Source of the DNA: Craspedostauros australis
Lineage: Eukaryota
Length of the DNA: 41,883 nucleotides
Reading direction: 5' to 3'
Assembly (NCBI GenBank): GCA_030167865.1
Contig: JALAGF010006341.1
Location: 1-41,883 of the forward strand
The position numbers and the translations under genes were made by a program. Positions 10,729 to 21,900 of the stretch are shown here, one piece after another (within the stretch, counting starts at the first letter, position 1; every line of letters starts with the position of its first letter). The notes under the pieces are model-generated. The model made no database searches. It was not told the origin of the DNA and was given only the letters and a program-made list of their open reading frames with translations.

Positions 10729-11766
10729 CTAGTTGGAGCGCTTCTTCTTCTTCGGTCTGCTGTTCGAAGATCCGCCGCTGCTGCCGTGCGTTTTCTTCGT
10801 GGACATGCCGACCCGATCATCCACAAAATCTTGCAGCGACAGGAATACTTCGGGTGGGATTGCGTCCACGTTGATCTCGACTTTGTCCCCACCCCAGCTC
10901 TCCAACGCTTCCGGGCATTCGACTTCTATCCTTGTCATGATGTGCCCCAGTTCGTTGCCGCTAAGCAGGAAGAGGTTCGAGCCGAACTGCGCTCGTGCAT
11001 CGAGGTTGTGTGATTGTGTGCAGGATGGGACAACGTAGGTCGTCTTTGACCCGCCGTCTTTGCTGGCTGCCTTGGATTTGCTGGTTTTGCTCGGCGGATC
11101 CGGGTTGTAGCTTTCGCCGACGTCATCTGTGAGAATGGATATGCAATGAAGAATGACCGCCGTGGGTGAGGCAGTGAGTATTAAACAAAGAGAGAGAGAG
11201 AGAGAGCGCGAGAGGAAGTGCGTTGGGAGGGATGCAGAGAATGATGTTGTGAGCACAATTACGATTCGCATCGAGACGAGCATGGCACATACTAATACAA
11301 GTACAGCAAATGATGGTGAATGAATTCGTGGTAAGTTCATCAATAGCAGCGCAATGACAGCGCAGCACGCAATGGCCGGGGTGATTGCATCGCACTTCCA
11401 TTCGCGACAACGCTCTCACGTACATTCCTTGCGGATCTTGCGATACCGATCCTCGAACCGACGCAGAAAGCTCTTGGCAAGCAACCAAAAGTCCGAACCC
11501 TCCGCGTTGTACGTCATGCAGTTGGACCAAACTAGCCGGATGTCGTTCGCAACGAGATGCGTGGTCGGGTACTGCCCGCGATCCAGCTTGCGCTTGACGG
11601 TCCCAAGGTCCATCATCTTGCTGATGATCTGAGGATAATCCAAGAGCTCCAAACCCTTCCAGTCGACGGGTTCGCGGAATGGCTCCGTGTCCTCATGCGA
11701 CAACAGCCAATCCACGATCTTCGTGATTTTCTTCATTGGTTGCTCTTGTCCTGGAATCGGCCCCAT
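10729..11766 (-). CDS. Single-bromodomain + ET(NET)-domain protein (GTE/BET-like), ~246 aa; exons 11766-11424 and 11126-10729
   Basis: Exon 1 encodes a bromodomain (EPFREPVD, LDYPQII, MDLGTVKRKL, DIRLVWSNCMTYN). GT-AG intron 11423-11127 joins in frame (KIRKE-Y-DVGES). Exon 2 has an ET-like segment (LSGNELGHIMTRI...VEINVDAIPPEVFLSLQDFV) and a basic NLS-like PKKKKR. Confidence 0.88.
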
Positions 11767-12907
11767 CTTTGTGGACGAGTGCTTTTATTTGTAGCCGAGA
11801 GAGAGAGAGAGCACAGTGCTGTTGGAGTATTGCAATGTAATATATGCTTGGGTGGTTTCGGTTCTTTGCTGTGCTATTCCTCTGGGCTGGTTCAAGCGTG
11901 TGCTTTGCTCGTACTTGAAGTTTTTGCTCTGTGTTGTGAATGCGAGCAGAGTGCGGTGCCTTTGTTTGTTGTTACATGATTGTGTCGCACGATGGAGATG
12001 TCGGCAGTAGCAGGAGGCATCGAACGCCACCACGCTTCATTTTGATCTTCCGGTCGTTCCTTGCTGAACGGGAGGTTCGCAACGGCAACAAGCGACGGTC
12101 GAGCGCCATGGTCGGCTCGATTTTCCTTCCTTCTTCCTTCTCTCGCAGTGTTTGTGTCGCGTTTGTCGCAAACGATCGAAGTAGTCGTTGGGTCTTGAAA
12201 TCGTCTGTCCTCGTCAGTCGAATCGATCGTGCGGGAAAGAAATCCCAATGACTCATGTTGGGAGCCGTTGTGGCATTGTTGGCGACTAGGCTGCTTGCGT
12301 TAGACTTCTGTTTGTGAAAACTGCGAAAAAGGCCCATTCGCTTCTACCGCCGTGGTTTTTTCTGTTCTAGGCTGCGAACTGTTTTTGTGGTTGGTTCCAA
12401 CGGCAAATTGAGGGTTTGGCGCAATGCCCTCCACACTTCGACACATCCAACCGTGGGATGGAGGACTGCACCCAACGCACTCCCTCACTCACTCATTCGC
12501 TTGCTCGCTCGGTCCGGCTCTGTTCTGCGAGTACGCAACAATTCAGCTCACGTCATTCCATCGAGGCAGCGCAAACACGATCGGCATCACAAACAAGGAA
12601 CACGAACAGGAACGCTTGCGAGAGGATCTGTCGCATCGCATCGCGTCGCATTGCATTGTGTTGCGCTGTGTTGCGTTGTTGATCGATCAATCTGGCCAAG
12701 GTCCTCACTGCGACTGCTTCACCTGCCGCCGAAGAGCACTCGGAAGAAGATTGTTGGTGGTGTGGACAAGTGTCTGGTCGTCTCCACGTTGGGTCCATCG
12801 CGTCAACAGCACCATTTGGGGAGGAGAAGCATACACAGAAGTAGAGAGAAGCGAAGAAGGAAAGGAGCAATCGACACGAAATCTATTCTCCCGGTGCCGC
12901 TGCAGCC

Positions 12908-15900
12908 ATGGGCAATGAACCATCCACTCCCGTACGAGATCAGTGGGGCGGAAATGCCGGTGACGGTGCTGCATATTCTTCTGCCGGCGTCCATGGAGGT
13001 CGTGAAGGTCATGGGCATCATCAGCAGTCACAGCAACGGTCACATCAGCAGTCGCAGATGCAGATGCATCAACCACAGCGAGTTGATTCCAGAATTCCCC
13101 AAACTCGATCATCATCATCCTATAGAGATGAATCGATGGCATACGATTATGGGTACGATGCAACAGATGACGACGCGGAGGTGGATTGGGCTCCAGAAAA
13201 CGAAGAACCACGTCGTGCTGGTGGCAGACAACCACGCAGAAGAAGCCTGGTCAACTCATTGGAGAGGATAGAGAATGTTCATCAATTCAATGATAACGGA
13301 GGCAGGCACCATTCCACGGAGGAAAGGCTAGATCCTTTGTTCCGAGCAGCCGCGAGAGCACAGAATGCCAGGCAGACCAAACGCCAGAAACAGAAAGCAC
13401 GCAGAGCGCAGCACGCACCGGCAACCGACACCAGGGCCATGCAGGCTCAGCAGCGCAGCATCGACAATGAATGGAAGGCCTCGTTGCATCGTCTGGCGTC
13501 GACGACCGCATCAACGGCCAAGACCTTCTCGCACATTGCAGCACCTGTGTTGGTAGACGCTGGCAGTATTTTGGCGCAGTCCGCGAAAGACATTGGTGAA
13601 ACCTACCACAGTTCAACGGTCAGCTCCAATGCAAGGAACATGAATGGAAACAAGAGCAAGGCTGAACCAGGCGGGCCACGTGGAGCCGCGGATACCCGAG
13701 GCAGTGTCAGCTTGCCAGCTGCTGCCATTCCAAGGCGCGCTGGTGATGATGATTCCAAAATGCTGTCAGACAGCTTTGCCGACGATGAAACCTTGGTCTT
13801 GTACCCGTACAGCCCGGCATTCGCTCGCACGCCCTCACGTTCAGATGGTATCCAACAGTCCTTGTCTCCGGACGCATCCACCGTCCAGCCCCACAATGTA
13901 TTGCTTCGCAACGAAAGCGAATTCCAGCTACCATCATTGCAGAGCGAGTCCAGCGACATCAAGCTCCAGCCCAGAACCCAGCCACTGCCAACACCGGTGC
14001 TCAATCGGCGGCTGCATGTCACAACAGCAACTGATACCTTGTCGCAGACCCAGCTAGCTCCTCCCGCTCAGGTGTCCGACGATGAGACCGACGGCAGTAA
14101 GACCGGTGAGAATGAAGATCCGGTCGAAGCTGATGGCGATGTCAGTACCGATGACAGTAATGCCAAGAGCAAAGACGACAAAGTCGACGATGGCAATGCC
14201 GGTGAGGATGAAGATGAAGATGAAGAGGATGGACATACCAGTGTCACACCAAAGCATGAAAACGCAGTCAACCAACTCGTTGCAGACGATGAGAACCAAC
14301 CGAACAACAACGCAAACAGTGACAAGACTGACGAGTCTGAGAATGATACGGTTGGCACCGGTGAGGAACCGCAGACCGCCAAGCGTGGCGAAGACACGCG
14401 TGACAGCAACATCGATGCTGCGGGTGGCCAAGCTGAAGTCAACGTGCACGCATCAGACGAACCTGATCTTCAACCCGATGCTATAGCAACTGCAACTGAG
14501 GAAGTGGCTTCGAAGCCAGATGCCGATGTGACTGCAAAACCGCAGGTCAATTCGGATGAGGCAGGAATTGAGGCAGCCCCCAAACCAGATTCCGATACAA
14601 CCTCAGTTCTGAATCCGGAGAAAGCCTCTGCCAGCAAGGCCCACACCGCTTCGGGCGCGGATACGGGTGCAGAAGCAGAAGCAGAAGCAAAGGGAACGGC
14701 GGAAACCATTTCAGGAGCAATCGATGATTCAGACGAGAGCCCCGAGCCAAACGACAGTCCCATCCTTGACGAAAATGCGGGTGCGGACACAGGAGACGAA
14801 ACGGAGACCAACACCAAATCCGTTCCAAATGCAGATGCGGATTCCGATCCGGAGGGAGGCTTGGATACGAAGCCCAGATCTGGAGTAGATGGAGACGCCG
14901 GCACAGATCAGGTAGCGAAGACCGCAGCCGACAACAACTCCAGCTCAAAAACAGACGATGATGTAGGTGCCAATACAGATGCTACGGCACCGGAGAGTCC
15001 ACGGACCGAGGCAGAGGGGGAAGCAGATGATGAGGCAGAGGACGAGGCGAAGTCTGCTTCAACTTCAGATGTGAGTGCCAACCAAGAAGAGACCGCCGAC
15101 GCAAAGCCGGAGCCCACTCTCGGGTCCGACGCCGAACCGGACCAGGACGCGAAGACCGAAGTCAAGAACGAATTGGCCTTGGATGCAGATGCCAGCGAAC
15201 TTGCTGAGGCAACAGGTAGTCCGCAGGTCGAGGCAAATGACGAGGCCAAATCTGACTCAAAGCCGGATACAGACGCAAGCACTGATCCAGGCGAAACTTC
15301 CGAGGCAAAGCCAAGCAGCGGCCCAGACTCCGACATAGAACCAGACAAGGAGGTACGAGCAGAAGCAGACTCCAAATCTGATGCTGACACAAAACCTGCA
15401 CCAGACGAAGGCCCAGAGACGCAATCTCGCCCGGATGCAGCAGCAGACGAAGCTGAAGCCGCAGGGAAAAGGGCCATCTTTGAGCTAGAGGCAGGTGTAG
15501 ATGCAAATGCAGAGACGACGGAGGAAGGTACCGGTGCAAACATCGAACCGGCCAATGACTCTGTTGGAACATCGAGGTCTGGGCCAGATACTGGTGTAGA
15601 TGCAGCAGCAGACGGGAATTCCCGACCAGAAGCTGACGGTGACACAAAGTCTGATGCGGATACAAATGCTGAATCAGATGAAGGCTCTGAACCAATACTG
15701 GGCGGAGATACAGGCATCGAGAGACGGACCACTGCAGAAGTCGAGGCAGAAGACAAATCGACATCCGGTGCCAAGGCGGACGAAGATCCGGTTGAGCTCT
15801 CCGAGACACATCCAAGCTCTGGCGTAGACATCGGACCTGAGGCAATCGCTGAAACCAGTATCGAATCTGACTCAAATATACAAACTCCTCCAGGTGGGGA

Positions 15901-18900
15901 TGTCAAGACCAAGTCCAACTCTGTCCCGCACGAACACGGAGATGCGGACACAGCCATCGACACAAGCGCCCAGGAAGCGGGCAGTCTAAATACAGACGTA
16001 GACGCGATGACAATGACAGTGACAACAACAGAGGACACATCGAGCGCAACCATCGATCCAGTCAAAGATCCTGACACACAGCCCAGCGCTGACCAAGGCA
16101 AGGATGCAACTATTGACGCAGATATCCAATCAGACACTAAGGTGAACACCACGTCTGATTCAGATGCAGATGCTGATCCAAGTGAACACCCTGAGGTAGA
16201 CGCGCAGACGAACATAGGCGCTGAGGCAGAAATCAAGACTACCTCGGATGCAGATGTGGACACCGCTACCGGTGAAGCCTCCGAGGTCACGCCCAGCTCT
16301 GTTTCAGATGACGGCGAGGATGCAGCTGCGGCTGCGGCTGCGACCTCAGATACGGATACAAATGCCGAAGCAGAGGCCGAAACCGCACCCGATACAGATA
16401 CAAACACTCATCAAGGTGAATCCTCCGAGCCGAAGCTCAGCTCTCCACCAGACGAAGATACAGGGGCAGGTGCAGACAACAGCCAAGAAGTAGCGGCCGA
16501 AGAAGAACACTCCAATTCCGATTCTGGCTCGAAGCTGAAGCCAGATGAGGAGTCTGAGGCCAAATCCAGCTTTGCCCAAGATGAAGACGTGGACGTGACC
16601 ACGGATAAAGCAACATTAGCTAATATCGAAGCCGACGCTCAGATCGAACCACAAGACGAAACCGTGGCCAAGGATCGGGCCAACACTAAATCTGACGCAG
16701 ACGGGGATGCAGGTACCGAGACTCAAGGCACCGCAGAGATCGATGTCGAACAAGAGGCCGACACAGAGACCGAATCCGAACACAACTCGGATTCAGACAC
16801 TGATCCAGGCGAGGTTTCTGAGACGAAGTCCATCTGCAGTGCAAAGGTAGGCGCAGCAGCAGACGGAGAAATAAAAGCGGAAGAAGACTCCAAGTCGGTT
16901 TGTGATGCAAGGGTTGCATCAGATGAGGATTCCAAGACAAAACCCGATTCTGATATTGATGGAGGTGCAGGTGCAGGTGCAGGTGCCGGTGTCTCTGGTC
17001 CAGAGAAGGAGATAGACAAGAGCGTAGATGCCACATCGCCACCGGAGATCGAGGTTGACGCCAAGTCGAGCCCAGATGCAACTGTTGATTCAGGTGAGGA
17101 TACTCAGACGGAGGCCAAATCTGATTCAGATGAGGACGCGTCATCAGCAACAGAGACAGATGATGAGCTGGAATCGCATCCAGATGCAGATGCAGACTAT
17201 CAGGACGATGCGAAGCATGAGCCTCGCCCAGACGAGGATGCGGATGCGGATGTAGTTGTAAAGAACGCAGCAACGAACGCCGTAGTCATGAATGGCGAAT
17301 ATAAAGATGGAACGACGGCAGTTGCTTCAGATGCAGGTGCAATGAAGGAGCCAACGACAGATGCCATGAAGTCCGATGCAGATGCAAACTCTCAGGATGA
17401 TGCGGAGACTAAAGCTGGATCGGATGTGATGATGGAAACGCATCCGAGTTCGACTACGCAGGTGGAGAAAGAGGAAGATGCCAAAACCACTTCTGACGAA
17501 AGCGGAGGGCTTCATGACGAGCAATCATCCATGCCCGACGAAACCGCAAATATAGATGCGGGGACAAACGAAGAGCCACCAGCAGACGCAGAAACAACTG
17601 CGGATGCTACTTCGGGTGCGCCTGCCAAATCCGAGGTTGATGTGGCATCCAAACCTGATCCAGATGCGAACGCAGAAACCGAGGCGGCGAAACGGGCAGG
17701 GGCCTGTTCCGACCAAGGTGCAGAGGAAGCTGCAGTGGTCGATGGAGATGCGCAAACAGAGCCAAACAAAGAGACAGTAGATGAGGCAGTATCAGGTCCA
17801 TCTGTGGAAGGAGATAAAGATGGCGACGATGCGTACGAGAAAGGAGCTAAAGCCGAGCTCAGTTCAGATGCGAACGCACACACTCAGGCGGTCACAGAAG
17901 AGACGTCCGCGCTCGCCTCGGGCTCAACGGCAGAATCGGAAAGCAGAAGCACAACTGCACCGAACTCAGATGCAATAGAAGATGATGATGCAAAAGATCG
18001 GCTGGACGCAGAGCACGAGGCTGAAATTGCGTCCAAATCCATGCAAGATACAAGTCGTGAGGAAGGTGCAAACACCAAGCCCGGATCTGACGAAGATGCA
18101 CGATCCAAGGACGGAGCAAAGCTTGAACGCGGTTCTGATGCTCATGTTGATGCAAGTGCAGGCGCAAACGCCGACAACGACGCCGCCGCAGGCGAAGAGG
18201 CAAAGGAAACTGTCGATGCCAACACAGATTCGGAGATAGCTGCAGCCACAAGCATAGGATCTGAAGAGGATGCAAAATCCACGTCACTGGGTGATGAAGA
18301 TGGAAAACCACAGTCGCAAGGAAAAGCGAGGGACGACGCAGACACACACACAGCAGTAGAGGCAGACTCCAAAGTGGATTCAATTGCAAACGCAAATGCA
18401 GCTGCAGAACCTCAGGCAAAGGCGGAGGAGGGGACTGGGCCCGTCTCTGACGAGAATGAACACAAAACCAGAGCAGCAACGGCAAACGCAGACACCCAGT
18501 CCCACTCCGACTCCGGTCAAGAAGAAGACTCACAATCGGGATCAGATTCAGAAACAGAATCTCTGCATGGAGAAGCAAAGGTCTCAAACAACCACTTGGC
18601 ATCCCAGAATGGCCATGGCAACGGACATGGTCAGAAACCATCCAACCAAGGATCGGTGAGTAGCAACGCCGACTTTACGGATTCATCAGATTTCATATTC
18701 CTCGATACCAACGATGGTCTTCGAACTCCAAACTTCCGTCGAGTGTCCATCCTCTCCAACGCCAACACACTGGAGTCGGACTTCGACATGCTCGCATTCT
18801 CAGCACCGAGGCCCACACGTGTGACTGATGCCACACCGCAACATTTGCGCTTCAGCCCCAGTGTCCTCGAAACTCCAATGCCATCAACTATCAGGACCAA

Positions 18901-21900
18901 GCGAAGGGACTCCGTGGTGCGATGGTCGCAGTTGCCCTCAGTTGGGAAACTGTTCGAGGCCGATCCCGAGGATCTCGTTGAGGGATTCGATGATCTGCAG
19001 GCATCGTTGGAGTTTCAAATGCGCCATTCCCTTCGCGCCTTGAGATCTCATCAAAAGCTCATGAGATCTTCATCCACTGATGCAGCTTACTCCGATCCTG
19101 GCACTCCCACGCGACAAGGTCAATCCCAGCAAGAGAAGCAGCACCAGGAAGGATCGTTGCTGTCCAGATCGCGTGCCGTGCTGGGAAATGATCTCTTGGA
19201 AGCATCAAGCTCAATCGCGCAGAGTATTGCGGCACAGTGGAATCGTTTCAGCGAAGCAATCAAACAGGATGATCGCGAAGGAAATGCGGTTGGTGAAGAT
19301 GATGTGTTTGCCTCGCCCCCTGACGTGTTTGACGCAGAAACAGTCCTGTCCATGGGATCCAGCGATGATTCAATCAAGACATCTCCAGAAGTGCCGGTGA
19401 CCGATCTCGCTCTTGATCCTTCGACGAATACAGCCGCCAAACATGACCAGATGACGACATCAACTGCACTCGAGACAGACGACTCCGTTTCAAGCATGTC
19501 ATGGGACATGGTGCCCGAACGCCATCATCTCGCTGCAGAAGACCTCGTTGATGTGGAATTGAAGATCACCGTGAAGGGTGCAGCTCAGCAGGCTGAGGCG
19601 TCTCAATCAAGCTCTTGCGAGATCAGCGACGTGATTCGGGTGAGCGAAACCAGCAGTGCTGTCAGTAAGGAAGGCAAACCGTCTGCCAACGAAGAGTCTC
19701 CCGAAGACGGCCACGAGGACACCGGAGTTGCTCAATCCACAGGCGACAAGGACGACAGTAACGAGAAGAAGGAAGATGGCGACATTGAAGGTCAAGCCGA
19801 AGCTCAAGCCACGGACGAATCCGCCAATCGCGCTCCAGCAAAGCCAAATGGTGAGCGCAGGGACGGTGCGAAAGCTGCATGTGGTGACGCCGATGAAGGC
19901 AAAGAAGCTGACAGTATGAATCACGAGAACCAAAACGCTGATTCCGGCGACAACTCGATTGAAAAGAAAGATACCGACGGCAGTCCGACTGGAAGTGATG
20001 ATGCACCAAAGGTGCAAAATGGAAAGACGAGTGCAATCCCACAAGACAAGTCCTTGTCGGAGCCAACGACACCAGCCGTTGAAACAACTGTCGGTTGGGA
20101 CAAGGATGCAGAAGCCAAGCACCCCAACATCCCAGAGACTGAGGAGATGACAGACGTGTTCGCTGGCAATGTTTTGGACACATCCTTGCTCGCACTGACT
20201 TCGCTGGACGACGTGGACTTCCTGAATAAGAAGCGCCCCTCCAGTGCTGCGTTGCGCAAAGATCTGACCGGCTTGGCTCGCATCAGATGGGACCAGCTCG
20301 TTGCCAATTGGATGCATGCCGAAACATGGAAGGCGATCAATGCAGTCTCTGCAGATGGCAAGGCTGGGAGCGAGCAACAAGGAGATGGAGATCCAGCCGA
20401 AGGCGAGAACGCTTCGTCAAGCAATTCTTCCACCGTGTCCACAGTGCAAACAGTGATAAACGAGCAGTGCAACCTGCTTTTGTCGACGACGAAAGCAGGT
20501 CCTTCACAGGTGCTACAAGCAACGGCATCACTGCCGAGATCTGTGCCTCAGCCGAGTATGTTCCGACCGATTGAATCGATGGAACAGTACTTGCCTCTGA
20601 GGACCTTGACAGATATTGGTCCCTTGGGAATGCCATCCATCGCCCCTTCGTCATCAGAATCTTCACCAGAGCTTTTGTCGCACGAAATTCACGGAGACGA
20701 GGATGGAAAGGGCGACGCCAAACATGAGGTCACGCAGTTATTGGAGCGGGCCAAGCAGCAATTGCCAGACTTTGAGTCATTGCTCCGAAGCATTGTTCGT
20801 TTTTCATCGCAGAACGAATCATCGAAGACCTATTTCGAGCAAACCGCGACGTCTTGCACAGTTGGACTAAAGAGTGAAGCATCCATCCGAAGCAAGGCTG
20901 ACCGCAAGTATGGTGGTGATGCCAAGCAGGTGAAGGATATTCTGCGAGGTCAGATAGTTTTCCCCGATCAACTATCCATGATATGTGCGCTTGTCTACCT
21001 CAGGCGTCGCACAAGAGCACGGAAGATGAAGCGATCAAAGTCCTCGGCAAGTGCAAGTGGAAGTGGAAAGATGAAGTCAGATGGAATGACGGATGGCAAG
21101 CACAGCGAAAAGCAAGTTGCTCCCATCGAGATTGTACGCATGAAGAATCTTTTCAGCGACCAATCAGTAGATGAGAATAGAGCGTTGCACGGTGCGCTGG
21201 CAACTGGGTATCGGCACGTGCTGCTAACGGTACGGCTGGAGGGTGGCCTGTTGGCAGAAATCCAGTGCCAACTGCGTGCGCTGTATGAAGTTCTTGGCGA
21301 AGAGGGGTATGCTTTGCACCGGAAGATAGAAGGCGTCGAAATCAGAAAAGGTGACAAGCCCAACCCCTCGTCCCAACAGCTGTTCTCGCTGGATGCAAAG
21401 ACTTTGATCCAATCCTTCCTTCCAAACGACGACAGCACGAATCGCGAAGAGCAATCCACACGAAGACAGCAGGAAGGGAGTGGGGCAGGTATGGCTGCAT
21501 CCACGCAAGAGAACTGCAAGCCTGCCGTGAGTCCGTTCGCCGGTGGTGGCATCGCAGCAGCTGCAGCAATGGCAGCAGCAAAGAAGGGTCCGCCAGATTC
21601 AAAGGGGAGCAGCAAACCCAAGGCGAGTCCGTTCGCTGGCGGTGGGATCGCAGCAGCGGCTGCAATGGCGGCAGCCAAAAAGTCGAACAATGGAGACTCT
21701 TCTGATGGTGGTAACAAGCCAAAGGTGAGTCCGTTCGCTGGTGGAGGTATCGCAGCTGCTGCGGCAATGGCCGCGGCGAAGAAGTCGAAGTCTGAGATGC
21801 CAACCGCAGAGACTAAGCCAAAGGCGAGTCCGTTCGCTGGCGGTGGGATCGCAGCAGCAGCGGCAATGGCCGCAGCAAAGAAAGCCAAACCGGAATCAGA

